Shown here in pieces: positions 19,495-29,444 of a stretch of DNA of 64,000 bases; positions within the stretch are counted from its first letter, which is position 1; the number at the start of each line of letters is the position of its first letter. Location: assembly GCA_963827685.1 (NCBI GenBank), contig CAWHBU010000002.1, positions 224,001 to 288,000 on the forward strand, written 5' to 3'. The notes beneath the pieces were generated by a model. It saw only the letters and a list, made by a program, of their open reading frames with translations. It ran no database searches and was not told where the DNA came from. The DNA is from an uncultured delta proteobacterium (GTDB lineage: Bacteria; Desulfobacterota; BSN033; UBA1163). A program made the position numbers and the translations under genes.

Positions 19495-21087
19495 ATGTTA
19501 AAGAGTCTGAGGTGGAAAGCAATACTATATGGGGCCATCGCTGTTTTTGCCATTGTTCTTCTTGTGCCCACTGTGACTTCTCAATTGCCCCAATGGTGGA
19601 GTAAGGTCCTGCCTTCTGAGAAAATCCATCTTGGTCTCGATCTGCAAGGGGGAATGTATCTTCTCCTCGGGGTACAGGAAGATAAGGCCGTTGAAAGCTA
19701 TGTGGAGCAGATCAAGAATAATCTGAAAGACGACCTGAAGGACCAGGGAATTCCGGTTGGAAAATTGGAAACAGAGAAAGACCGCATCCTTCTAGAATTC
19801 TCAGGAGCCAAAGAAAAAGTAGATAATCTTCTGAGCCGGCAGTTTACCATGCTCCGTGAACTGTCTTCTTCCGGGGAAGGAGGGATATGGAAATACCAGT
19901 TGCTTCTCGACAGTAAGGAGACAGAAAAGATTAAGAAGAGAGCGATTGATCAGGCCCTGGAGATTATCCGGAATCGAATCGACCAGTTCGGCGTTTCAGA
20001 ACCCGAAATTACCCTTCAAGGGACGGATCAGATCTTGGTCCAACTTCCTGGTATCAGGGATCCCCAGAGGGCCATCAATCTGATCGGCCAGACAGCCTTG
20101 TTGGAATTCAAGCTGTTGGATGAAGAGGGAAACATCGACGAGGCATTAAAAGGGAATATTCCTCCCGAGGACAATATCCTGTACCGGAGGTCTGTGGACT
20201 ACAAGACAGGAGCCGTGAGAAAGGAACCTTTCCTGCTTAAAGAGAAGACTTTGATGACCGGTGAGTTTATAAAGGATGCCCGGGTGACCCTCGATTCACA
20301 ATTCCACCAACCTTATGTGGCCTTTGAGCTTACCGATGTTGGGGGGAAACTTTTTGAGCAGATCACCGGCGCAAATGTAGGGAAACGTTTGGCCATCATT
20401 CTTGACAATAATGTCTATTCGGCGCCCGTTATAAAGAATAGAATCCCAGGGGGCAAGGCCATAATCGAAGGCACCTTTACAACCGATGAGGCTAATGATC
20501 TGGCGGTCGTTCTCAGATCAGGCGCACTGCCCGCGCCCGTTAAAATCCTTGAGCAAAGGACCGTGGGACCCTCCCTCGGACAGGATTCGATCCACAAAGG
20601 AATTGTCTCCACTTTGATTAGTGCGGCTCTGGTTGTTCTTTTTATGGTCGTCTACTATAAGTTCTCAGGGATGATTGCAGATGTCGCCCTCGTTTTGAAT
20701 ATTATCATCACGCTGGCAGTCCTCGCTCTCTTCCGTGCAACCCTTACCCTTCCAGGCATTGCCGGTTTAGTCCTTTCGGTTGGAATGGCAGTTGATGCCA
20801 ATATCCTGATCCATGAGAGGATCAAAGAGGAGCTGAGGTTCGGAAAGACGGTTCGAGCAGCGATCGATCAGGGCTATCATCGGGCTTTCTCTGCTATTAT
20901 CGATTCTAATTTAACGACGTTTATCTCGGGGATTATCCTTTATCAGTTTGGGACAGGGCCGGTGAAAGGATTTGCCGTCACCCTGAGTATTGGCATCTTG
21001 GCCAATCTTTTCACCGCTGTTTATATTACAAGGGTGATCTTCGATTACGTCAGCCTTAGACCAGGAGTCAAAAAACTTAGTATTTAG
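19495..21087 (+). CDS. secD: Protein translocase subunit SecD
   Basis: LGLDLQGG, RIDQFGVSEP, VGPSLG and AVDANILIHERIKEE motifs. Confidence 0.97.
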   Translation: MLKSLRWKAILYGAIAVFAIVLLVPTVTSQLPQWWSKVLPSEKIHLGLDLQGGMYLLLGVQEDKAVESYVEQIKNNLKDDLKDQGIPVGKLETEKDRILLEFSGAKEKVDNLLSRQFTMLRELSSSGEGGIWKYQLLLDSKETEKIKKRAIDQALEIIRNRIDQFGVSEPEITLQGTDQILVQLPGIRDPQRAINLIGQTALLEFKLLDEEGNIDEALKGNIPPEDNILYRRSVDYKTGAVRKEPFLLKEKTLMTGEFIKDARVTLDSQFHQPYVAFELTDVGGKLFEQITGANVGKRLAIILDNNVYSAPVIKNRIPGGKAIIEGTFTTDEANDLAVVLRSGALPAPVKILEQRTVGPSLGQDSIHKGIVSTLISAALVVLFMVVYYKFSGMIADVALVLNIIITLAVLALFRATLTLPGIAGLVLSVGMAVDANILIHERIKEELRFGKTVRAAIDQGYHRAFSAIIDSNLTTFISGIILYQFGTGPVKGFAVTLSIGILANLFTAVYITRVIFDYVSLRPGVKKLSI

Positions 21088-21146
21088 TCTCCGCTTCCTT
21101 CCCTTCATAGACAGGGGTTGCGGGGGATTAGAGGCGCAGAACTTTT

Positions 21147-22061
21147 ATGGAATTAATCCCACACGATACCCGTTTCGATTTTATCGGGAAAAAGAAGATT
21201 ACGCTTTGGATCTCAACGCTGGCTATCCTTATAAGCTTCGGATCCATTCTGTATCACGGAGGATTGAGATATGGAGTCGACTTTTCAGGAGGTCTGGTGG
21301 CTGAGATCAAGTTCTCGAAGCCCATTGATATCTCCGAACTTCGGAATGCCACGGATGCAATAGGTCTAAAGGATGCAGTGGTTCAAAAATTTGGAGGGGA
21401 GAATGAGTTCTTGATTCGGATAGAAAAAACTTCCAGCGATTTGGAAGCGATGTCAAAATCGATTCAAACCTCTCTTCAGGAGCAATTCAAAGGCAAGCCC
21501 CTGGAAATTCGGAGAGTGGAAGTGGTGGGTCCGAAGGTCGGAAAAGATCTGAAGGAGAAAGCCATGTGGGCTGTGGGCTTAGCTTTCGTGGCCATCCTCA
21601 TCTATGTGGCGTTCAGGTTTCATGAATTTTCCTATGGGCTTGGGGGCATCGTTGCCCTGTTCCACGACGTGGTGGTGACATACGGTGCTATCTCCGTCTT
21701 CAATATAGAATTTTCTCTAAATGTTTTGGCTGTTATTCTGACGATCATCGGTTTTTCAATCAATGATACGATCGTCATTTTCGACCGGGTCAGAGAGAAT
21801 ATCAAGAAGATGAGAAAGGAAGACCTAACGACGATTTTTAATGTGAGCATCAATGAAACGCTCGGAAGAACCATTCTTACTACCGGAACGGTCATGATGG
21901 TGGTCTTGATCCTCTTCTTCTTAGCAGGAGAGGTGATCCATGATTTCACGATTGCTCTGATTGTCGGGTTGATTACCGGGACTTATTCTACCGTCTATAT
22001 CGCGAGCCCTGTTGTTCTGTTTTGGGAACAAAATATTTCAAGAAGAAGGAGAAGAAGCTAA
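21147..22061 (+). CDS. secF: Protein translocase subunit SecF
   Basis: GVDFSGG, VGPKVG and GFSINDTIVIFDRVRE motifs; follows secD. Confidence 0.97.
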   Translation: MELIPHDTRFDFIGKKKITLWISTLAILISFGSILYHGGLRYGVDFSGGLVAEIKFSKPIDISELRNATDAIGLKDAVVQKFGGENEFLIRIEKTSSDLEAMSKSIQTSLQEQFKGKPLEIRRVEVVGPKVGKDLKEKAMWAVGLAFVAILIYVAFRFHEFSYGLGGIVALFHDVVVTYGAISVFNIEFSLNVLAVILTIIGFSINDTIVIFDRVRENIKKMRKEDLTTIFNVSINETLGRTILTTGTVMMVVLILFFLAGEVIHDFTIALIVGLITGTYSTVYIASPVVLFWEQNISRRRRRS

Positions 22062-22167
22062 GCTGATAGGTGGCCAATTTGCACCGCCACCTGAGTTAGG
22101 CGGCGCCTTGTCACTATTGACACCAGTGAGATCATTGTCTTAAACTGAATATTTTTAAGGTGACGGA

Positions 22168-22596
22168 ATGAAAACTTATCAAGCCAAAAGAGAAGAGTTG
22201 GACCATAAATGGTACCTGGTAAATGCCGAGGGTAAGGTTTTAGGGAGACTGTCTACCGAGGTGGCAAAAATACTGAAAGGAAAGAATAAGCCCACTTATA
22301 CCCCCCATCTGGATACGGGGGATTTTGTGATCGTAGTAAATGCAGGGAAAGTGACATTAACTGGAAAGAAGATGAAAGACAAGATCTATTATCATCATAC
22401 AGGTTATCCGGGTGGGATTAAAGAGATGAATGCTGAGAAACTCCTAGCAAAAAAACCCACAGAGATGATCCGGATGGCGGTAAAGGGAATGCTTCCTAAA
22501 ACCAGTTTGGGCCGTCAGATGCTCAGAAAGCTGAAAATCTATGCGGGCCCGAATCATCCGCATGAGTCGCAGAAACCTGTATCCCTTGAGATTTAA
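22168..22596 (+). CDS. rplM: 50S ribosomal protein L13
   Basis: [17 protein letters not shown] and HTGYPGG motifs. Confidence 0.98.
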   Translation: MKTYQAKREELDHKWYLVNAEGKVLGRLSTEVAKILKGKNKPTYTPHLDTGDFVIVVNAGKVTLTGKKMKDKIYYHHTGYPGGIKEMNAEKLLAKKPTEMIRMAVKGMLPKTSLGRQMLRKLKIYAGPNHPHESQKPVSLEI

Positions 22597-22602
22597 TCTT
22601 CT

Positions 22603-22700
22603 TCCTCCCTCCCCAATGACGAGGGAGGGTTGCGGGTGGGGGTGAAAAAAGGAATTTGTTCCCCCTCCCCTCTATCCCCTCCCACCAAGGGAGGGGAGAT
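22603..22700. repeat. Paired C-rich/G-rich palindromic repeats (REP-like)
   Basis: CTCCCTCCCC..GAGGGAGGG..GGGTGGGGGTGA and CCCCTCCC..GGGGAGGGG; similar copies near 19352, 39680, 42232 and 59690. Confidence 0.65.
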
Positions 22701-22734
22701 GGTGATTAAATTTGACTGAAGGAGAGAGAAGAAA

Positions 22735-23124
22735 GTGACAGAACCCATTTATGCTACAGGCAAAAGAAAGACCTCCATCGCAAGGGTTTGGCTTGAACCC
22801 GGAGAAGGGAAGTTCGTTATCAACGAAAGGGCATTGAAAGAGTATTTCGGAAGAGAAACCAGCGAAATGGTCATCTTTCAGCCCCTTGATATTACAGGAA
22901 CTCGAAATCAATTCGATATCACTGTCAATGTTCACGGGGGAGGGGAGTCCGGGCAGTCCATTGCCATCCGCCATGGGATTGCAAAAGCCCTTCTCCAGTA
23001 CAATGCCGATTTTAAGGATTCTCTAAAAAAAGCCGGATTTCTCACACGTGATTCAAGAGTCAAAGAGCGGAAGAAATATGGGAGGAGAGGAGCGAGGCGA
23101 AGACCGCAGTACTCTAAGAGATAA
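22735..23124 (+). CDS. rpsI: 30S ribosomal protein S9
   Basis: [21 protein letters not shown] and PQYSKR motifs. Confidence 0.98.
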   Translation: MTEPIYATGKRKTSIARVWLEPGEGKFVINERALKEYFGRETSEMVIFQPLDITGTRNQFDITVNVHGGGESGQSIAIRHGIAKALLQYNADFKDSLKKAGFLTRDSRVKERKKYGRRGARRRPQYSKR

Positions 23125-23150
23125 TTCCATGATCCTATTGGACTTGTTTG

Positions 23151-23182
23151 AAAAGGGAGGTCATGGTGCCTCCCTTTTTTTT
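23151..23182 (+). terminator. Intrinsic terminator after rpsI
   Basis: AAAAGGGAGG-loop-CCTCCCTTTTTTTT. Confidence 0.85.
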
Positions 23183-23191
23183 GTAATTTCT

Positions 23192-23288
23192 GTAGCGCTC
23201 CCATTTATTGGGGGCGAATAACCGTCGGCAGTAAATGCCGACGCTACATCATTTGTATGGAAAGTAGCGTCCCCATTCACCGGGGACG
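23192..23288. repeat. GTAG-type REP cluster (BIME-like)
   Basis: GTAGCGCTCCC..GGGGGCG; inverted copy GTCGGCA..TGCCGACGCTAC; GTAGCGTCCCC..GGGGACG. Confidence 0.65.
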
Positions 23289-23306
23289 AAATAGAAAAGG
23301 TGACCT

Positions 23307-24347
23307 ATGAAAACGAAAGTGGGTATCATTGGGGCAACGGGTTATACAGGGGTGGAGCTCCTCCGCCTTCTCCTTCATCACCCTCAGGTGGAGGTCACCG
23401 CGCTAACCTCACAGAAATATGCTGGAGTTCCAATTGACCAAGTTTTTCCGTCCCTGGCAAAACATCTCCAATTGAAGTGTGAAGAACTTACGGTTGACCA
23501 AATTTCGAAGAAAACAGATCTTATCTTCGTAGCGGTTCCTCATAAAACAGCCATGGAAATCGTCCCATTATTTTATCGGCAAGGGAAGAGGGTGGTTGAC
23601 CTGAGTGCAGATTTTCGATTCAAGGATGCTGGCGTCTATGAACGGTGGTATCAGAAGCATACCTCGGCAGATTTACTCTCGGCATCTGTCTATGGTCTCC
23701 CTGAACTTCATCGAGAGGAGATCCGAAATGCAAAAATTGTTGGGAACCCAGGATGTTATCCAACCGGAGCCTTGATTGGTCTCATTCCCCTGGTGAAAAA
23801 AGGGATAATCTCGCTTGAAAATATTGTGATTGATTCCAAATCCGGGGTCAGCGGCGCGGGGAGAGATGTGGTTTTGGAATCTCTTTTCTGTGAGATCAAT
23901 GAAGGTGTAAAGGCTTATAAAGTATTTGACCATAGGCACCTCCCTGAGATCGAGCAAGAACTGAGTGAAATGGTCGAGAAAAAAGTGGCGGTGACCTTTG
24001 TACCTCATCTTATTCCAATGGATCGAGGGATTTTGACGACCCTGTATCTTGTCCTGACAAAAAAGTGGAAGACAGAGGAAGTTTTAAACACCTTTCAAGA
24101 GCATTATCAAAAAGAACCCTTTATTCGAATTTGCCCGAAAGGCAAACTTCCCAATACAAAAGATGTCCGAGGTTCAAATTATTGTGATATCGGAGTGAAG
24201 GTAAACGAGTCAGCTAGTCGGGCCGTTGTTGTCACGGCGATTGACAATTTGGTCAAGGGCGCTTCCGGCGAAGCCGTCCAAAATATGAATATCATGCTGG
24301 GATATCCTGAGACCATGGGACTGGATGTGTTGCCGCTCTTTCCCTGA
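23307..24347 (+). CDS. argC: N-acetyl-gamma-glutamyl-phosphate reductase
   Basis: GATGYTG, DLSADFR, NPGCYPT, SGVSGAG and DNLVKGASG motifs. Confidence 0.97.
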   Translation: MKTKVGIIGATGYTGVELLRLLLHHPQVEVTALTSQKYAGVPIDQVFPSLAKHLQLKCEELTVDQISKKTDLIFVAVPHKTAMEIVPLFYRQGKRVVDLSADFRFKDAGVYERWYQKHTSADLLSASVYGLPELHREEIRNAKIVGNPGCYPTGALIGLIPLVKKGIISLENIVIDSKSGVSGAGRDVVLESLFCEINEGVKAYKVFDHRHLPEIEQELSEMVEKKVAVTFVPHLIPMDRGILTTLYLVLTKKWKTEEVLNTFQEHYQKEPFIRICPKGKLPNTKDVRGSNYCDIGVKVNESASRAVVVTAIDNLVKGASGEAVQNMNIMLGYPETMGLDVLPLFP

Positions 24348-24515
24348 AGCACAGAGTGCATGGTGTAGGTCTTGATTCACAATTCATAACTCATAACTCT
24401 GAAGCCTTAAATCCTCACTCCCAAACAAAGAGTCTAAATTCCGCAATCCGCGTTCCGCAATTCTGGTTTCTTTCCATTTTACAACCCCACCGGATTCTGT
24501 TAGATTATTTTTGAA

Positions 24516-27122
24516 ATGACGACGAGACCTTTGACCCCCGTGATCAAACAATATCTCCAGATTAAGAGTCAATATCCAGATTCCATTCTTTTCTTCAGAA
24601 TGGGCGACTTCTATGAGATGTTCTTTGAAGATGCCCGTGTGGGTTCTCGAGAACTGGACATTGCGTTAACCTCAAGGGATAAAGGGCAAAAGGATAGCGT
24701 CCCTCTATGCGGGGTTCCTTATTTTGCGGCCGAAACCTACATCTCCAGATTGTTACAGAAAGGATATAAAGTTGCCCTCTGTGACCAAGTAGAAGACCCA
24801 AAGTTCGCCAAAGGGATTGTCAAAAGAGAAGTGGTCAGGGTTTTTACTCCAGGCCTGGTGATCGATACCATCCAATTGGGGACTGGAGAAAATAATTACT
24901 TGATGGGGTTTTCCGCGGAAGGGGAGGTTTTCGGGCTTGCCTTCTTGGACATTTCGACGGGCGAACTGAAAGCCTGTCAAATCTCAGGATTTGAGCCCTT
25001 TCTGAGCGAAGCCCTTCGAAACGAACCGAAAGAGATTTTATCCCTCAAAAGATTTCAGGAGCATCCCTGTCTTGAAGGATTTAAAAAGAATTTTGGGAAT
25101 GGTTTGATTACCTATTTGGACGATCCAAAATTCGATGCCATCCCTTCTTTGAAGCAGAACGAATGGAGTGCGATCCTCCGGAAAGCACCTTTAGCTGCCC
25201 AAGCCGTGGCCATGGTCCTTCATTACGCAGAGGAGAACCAGAAAAAGCCGCTCTCCCACATCCGTCCCCTCTCTTTCTATCAGGTCCAGGATTTCATGGT
25301 CATCGACGAAGTGACGAAGAGAAATTTGGAACTGACGCAATCCCTCTTTGATCAGGGGAAGAGAGGTTCTCTCTTCTGGTTTTTAGATGAAACGATCACC
25401 CTGATGGGAAGTCGGACATTGAAGCAGTGGTTAAATTACCCGTTGATCGATATCAAGGAAATCGAGCACCGTTTGGAAGGGGTCTCCGAACTGAAGGAGA
25501 AGAAGATAGAAAGGAAACAACTGAGAGAATCCTTGAGAGGGATTCAGGACATCGAAAGATTGACCTCCCGAATCTTCCTTGGACATGCCAATGCTCGGGA
25601 TCTCATCGGATTGAAAAATTCACTCCAAAACTTACCCCTTCTTAAAGCAAATCTTCAGCCCTTTGACACCTCCCTCATCAGAGAGTTTGCATCGGAAATT
25701 GAGAACTTCGATGATCTTGATCAACTTCTCGAGTCCTCCATCGTAGATCATCCGCCCCTGACGATTAAAGAAGGAGGCATGATCAAGCCGAGCTATGATA
25801 AGGAATTAGATGCTTTAAGAGAGATTGGTCGGGAGGGAAAAGGATGGATCCTTCAGTTGGAAGCAGAGGAGAGGAAGAAGACAGGAATTTCCTCCTTGAA
25901 GGTTCGATATAACCAAGTCTTTGGATATTATATTGAAGTGACCAAGAGCAATCTTCACCTCGTTCCAGACCATTATATTAGAAAGCAGACTTTGGTGAAT
26001 GCTGAACGATTTATAACCCCGGAACTCAAGGAATTTGAAACTAAGGTGTTAGGGGCTGAAGAGGCAATCTGCCAGCTGGAATACAGGCTCTTCGAAGAAA
26101 TCCGGAAAAGAGTCTCAGACGAAACCCCGAAGCTTCAAAAAACAGCTTCTGCCATTGCGGTCATAGATATTCTGGGCTCCATGGCAGAGATTGCAGATCG
26201 GTATGATTATGTCCGACCCATTGTGGATGAAGAGGATGAGATACTGATCCTGGACGGAAGGCATCCTGTCCTGGAAAGAATGGGGCTTTCGGAAAGATTT
26301 GTTCCCAACGATACTCAAATGAATAGCCAAGAGCATCAGCTTCTCATTATCACGGGGCCGAATATGGCGGGTAAATCAACTTATTTAAGACAAGTCGCCC
26401 TTATCGTTTTGATGGCGCAGATGGGGTGTTTTGTTCCGGCGAGTGAGGCAAAGATCGGTGTGGTGGATCGGATCTTCACCCGAATTGGTGCCCTGGACAA
26501 TATCATGAGAGGCCAAAGCACCTTCATGGTGGAGATGACGGAGACGGCTCGCATTTTAAATCAGGCGACCTCGAGAAGTCTTGTCGTTTTGGATGAGATT
26601 GGAAGAGGGACCAGTACTTTTGATGGATTGAGCATTGCCTGGGCCGTAGCTGAATATCTCCACGACCTTCCCTTGCTCAGGCCGAAGACCCTTTTTGCAA
26701 CGCACTACCATGAATTGACGGAGCTGGCTCTAACAAAGGAGAGGGTCAAAAATTATAATGTGGCAGTAAAGGAGTGGGGCGGAGAAATTATCTTTCTCAG
26801 AAAGATTGTGGAAGGAGGAACCAACCGTAGTTATGGTATTCAAGTGGCTCGATTGGCGGGCCTCCCCCAAAAAGTGATTGATCGGGCAAAAGAGATCCTT
26901 TCCAACCTGGAGAAAGGCGAATTGGATGCAATGGGGATGCCAAAAATCGCAACGACAAAAATACCAACCTCGAAGCCCAAACCTCCTTTACAACCTTCAT
27001 TGTTTGCTCAGCCCGATCGCATCCGATCTGAGTTGAAGAAGATCAGGCCCGATCAGTTAACTCCTCTCGAGGCCTTAAATATTCTGGATGAGTTGAAGAA
27101 AAAGGCTGAAAAGGAAGAATGA
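24516..27122 (+). CDS. mutS: DNA mismatch repair protein MutS
   Basis: FRMGDFYEMF, GPNMAGKSTYLRQ, DEIGRGTST and SYGIQVARLAG motifs. Confidence 0.98.
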   Translation: MTTRPLTPVIKQYLQIKSQYPDSILFFRMGDFYEMFFEDARVGSRELDIALTSRDKGQKDSVPLCGVPYFAAETYISRLLQKGYKVALCDQVEDPKFAKGIVKREVVRVFTPGLVIDTIQLGTGENNYLMGFSAEGEVFGLAFLDISTGELKACQISGFEPFLSEALRNEPKEILSLKRFQEHPCLEGFKKNFGNGLITYLDDPKFDAIPSLKQNEWSAILRKAPLAAQAVAMVLHYAEENQKKPLSHIRPLSFYQVQDFMVIDEVTKRNLELTQSLFDQGKRGSLFWFLDETITLMGSRTLKQWLNYPLIDIKEIEHRLEGVSELKEKKIERKQLRESLRGIQDIERLTSRIFLGHANARDLIGLKNSLQNLPLLKANLQPFDTSLIREFASEIENFDDLDQLLESSIVDHPPLTIKEGGMIKPSYDKELDALREIGREGKGWILQLEAEERKKTGISSLKVRYNQVFGYYIEVTKSNLHLVPDHYIRKQTLVNAERFITPELKEFETKVLGAEEAICQLEYRLFEEIRKRVSDETPKLQKTASAIAVIDILGSMAEIADRYDYVRPIVDEEDEILILDGRHPVLERMGLSERFVPNDTQMNSQEHQLLIITGPNMAGKSTYLRQVALIVLMAQMGCFVPASEAKIGVVDRIFTRIGALDNIMRGQSTFMVEMTETARILNQATSRSLVVLDEIGRGTSTFDGLSIAWAVAEYLHDLPLLRPKTLFATHYHELTELALTKERVKNYNVAVKEWGGEIIFLRKIVEGGTNRSYGIQVARLAGLPQKVIDRAKEILSNLEKGELDAMGMPKIATTKIPTSKPKPPLQPSLFAQPDRIRSELKKIRPDQLTPLEALNILDELKKKAEKEE

Positions 27123-27127
27123 GAGAT

Positions 27128-27280
27128 GCAAGTCCAAATGCCAAAGTTCAAATGCCAAATGAATGTCAAAGTTCCAAATCCAGGTTAAGGTTAAGGCTAA
27201 GGTTTAGGATTTTGTTGTTCAACCCTTGACCTCAACCTCAGCCTCAACCTTTATCTTGCGGTTTTGGTTTTTGACATTTT
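27128..27280. repeat. Nested inverted short-tandem-repeat cassette
   Basis: Outer arms CCAAAT/AATGTCAAA and TTTGG/TTTGACATT; inner arms (GGTTAA)n and (CCTCAA)n. Confidence 0.8.
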
Positions 27281-27299
27281 ACGTTTCCGGTTGAGAAGG

Positions 27300-27947
27300 A
27301 TGGTTGATTTCTCGAAGGCAAGATTGAAGATGGTGGAGGAGCAGATCGTCTCCAGAGGAATCAAAGATGCCAAGTTGATCGCTGCCATGAAGAAAATCCC
27401 TCGCCATCTCTTCGTAGAAGAAGCTCTCCAAAACCAAGCCTACAGCGATCATCCTCTGCCCATTGGGGAAAAACAGACCATTTCTCAACCCTATATGGTC
27501 GCGTTGATGACCGAAGCATTGCTGCTAACCGGGAAGGAAAAGGTGTTAGAGATCGGTACGGGATCTGGATATCAGACAGCGATTGTAGCTGAATTGTCTG
27601 AGAAGGTCTTCTCTGTAGAAAGGATTCGTCCCCTGGCCATTCGGGCAAGAAAGTTACTCTATGAATTGGGGTATTTCAATGTTGAAATTAAGATCTTTGA
27701 TGGGACCTTTGGATGGATGGCAGAGAGTCCGTTTGATGCAATTCTTGTTACAGCAGGATCTCCTGACATTCCACAAACTCTGATCGATCAACTGGCGATG
27801 GGTGGAAAGTTGGTCATTCCTGTGGGAGATGCTTTTGTCCAAGATTTGTTTCGGGTGACTAAGACAGAAGAAGGAGTAAAAAAAGAAGACTTAGGCGGTT
27901 GCCGATTTGTCAAGTTGATAGGGAAATATGGGTGGAAAACCGAATGA
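27300..27947 (+). CDS. pcm: Protein-L-isoaspartate O-methyltransferase
   Basis: [24 protein letters not shown] and FVKL motifs. Confidence 0.96.
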   Translation: MVDFSKARLKMVEEQIVSRGIKDAKLIAAMKKIPRHLFVEEALQNQAYSDHPLPIGEKQTISQPYMVALMTEALLLTGKEKVLEIGTGSGYQTAIVAELSEKVFSVERIRPLAIRARKLLYELGYFNVEIKIFDGTFGWMAESPFDAILVTAGSPDIPQTLIDQLAMGGKLVIPVGDAFVQDLFRVTKTEEGVKKEDLGGCRFVKLIGKYGWKTE

Positions 27948-28650
27948 AAAATTTTTTTTAGCGTTATTTTTTGTTTCGACGGTCTTCTTCTTGAATACTT
28001 GTGCTCGTCACAGGACCCCGGTCGAAAAACCACCTTCACCTCCAAAGACAACACGAGTTTATCATGTGGTGGAGAGGCACCAAACCCTCTACCGTATCTG
28101 TAAAACCTATGGGGTCGACCTCAAAGAGGTTGCCTCTTTAAACAAAATTGCGGATCCAAGCAAGATTGACACCGGTCAACGGATTTTTATACCAGGGGCG
28201 AAGAAAGTTTTGAAAGTTGAGATCTATATTGACGATGTGGCAGCAGAACAGGGGGAAAGGGCAAAGATTGCTTACAGAAAACTTGATTTCATCTGGCCTG
28301 TTGAAGGGAAAATTACCGACGTTTTTGAAGGGGCGGAAAGCAGAAGGCATCAGGGAATTGACATCGCCTGTCCCACCGGGACACCGATTAAGGCTTCAAA
28401 TGCGGGGACGGTTATGTACTCCAATAACACCATCAAAGGATACGGGAACCTGGTCATTATTCGCCATTCCGAAGAGTACGTCACGGTTTATGCCCACAAT
28501 CAGGTGAATCTGGTAGAGGAGAGGACATGGGTGGAAAAGGGGCAAATTGTCGGGAAGGTGGGCCAAACAGGAAGGGCATCAGGTCCCCATCTCCATTTTG
28601 AAATCCGAAGAAATAACAAAGCCATAGACCCCCTATTATTTTTAAAATAA
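27928..28650 (+). CDS. LysM + M23 peptidase lipoprotein (NlpD-like)
   Basis: Lipobox-like LNTC, LysM domain, HQGID, YAH and GPHLHFEIR motifs; follows pcm. Confidence 0.9.
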   Translation: MGGKPNEKFFLALFFVSTVFFLNTCARHRTPVEKPPSPPKTTRVYHVVERHQTLYRICKTYGVDLKEVASLNKIADPSKIDTGQRIFIPGAKKVLKVEIYIDDVAAEQGERAKIAYRKLDFIWPVEGKITDVFEGAESRRHQGIDIACPTGTPIKASNAGTVMYSNNTIKGYGNLVIIRHSEEYVTVYAHNQVNLVEERTWVEKGQIVGKVGQTGRASGPHLHFEIRRNNKAIDPLLFLK

Positions 28651-28684
28651 ACACATCCACGGTCATATCTTCATATATCATGAG

Positions 28685-29305
28685 TCAGGTTTTGTGAGGC
28701 AGATCCCTCAGGAGATTTTTCAGATCATCAATGGTATCGATGTCCCTCAAAGGTTGCAGGGTATGAACCGTAAGCCTTTCTTGTTTCAAAACTTTCATGG
28801 TCTCTTTAAAAACCCTCTTCGTGCTCCAGGGGATTCCCTCAAATACCCTAAGGGAGAAGTTCTTATCCTTAAAACCAATGAGGTAATATCCGCCATCAAA
28901 GGAAGGACCGATGACACCATCCTTCTCCTCGAGAGAAGTAAACGCTTCTTCGATGAACTCCAGCGGCAGATCAGGAATGTCACTTCCAATAAGGACTACT
29001 CTTTTGAAGTTCATGGCAAAAGCTTCTATGAAGCCGTTCTTCATTCTTTCACCAAGATTTTCCCCGGTTTGAGGCATATAGAGGTAATCGTCTCCTAACC
29101 AACCTTTGAGATCGGTCAGAGAATTCTCTTGGGAGAAGCATAGATAGAAAAGAAAGGTTCCCCTATTTAACGTGGACAGTATTTCAAGCAGAAAACGCCT
29201 GTAAAGCTTCACTGCCATCTCATCACCGACCGCAGAGGCCAGTCTTGTTTTGACTTGGCCTTTTTCTGGATTCTTTATAAAGAAGAGCAAACACCGATCA
29301 TCCAA
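28685..29305 (-). CDS. DUF2064/TIGR04282-type glycosyltransferase-like protein
   Basis: VKTRLA, QTGENLGERM, LIGSDIP, GPSFDGGYYLIG and DIDT motifs. Confidence 0.88.
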   Translation of the reverse strand: MDDRCLLFFIKNPEKGQVKTRLASAVGDEMAVKLYRRFLLEILSTLNRGTFLFYLCFSQENSLTDLKGWLGDDYLYMPQTGENLGERMKNGFIEAFAMNFKRVVLIGSDIPDLPLEFIEEAFTSLEEKDGVIGPSFDGGYYLIGFKDKNFSLRVFEGIPWSTKRVFKETMKVLKQERLTVHTLQPLRDIDTIDDLKNLLRDLPHKT

Positions 29306-29347
29306 TAGAATGCTCCTTATCGAGTTGCTTCAATATTCAAACCCTTC

Positions 29348-29444
29348 ACCCCGTTAGAAATGATACCCCTCTGCCCTGCAATGGGGTTAGGTCCCTGAAT
29401 AATTCCGGAGGGGTTTGATGCCCCGTTGGAATTTCTAACGGGGT
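29348..29444. mobile_element. 97-bp MITE-like element with 14-bp terminal inverted repeats
   Basis: ACCCCGTTAGAAAT ... ATTTCTAACGGGGT, abutting the stop codon of the desaturase gene. Confidence 0.65.
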
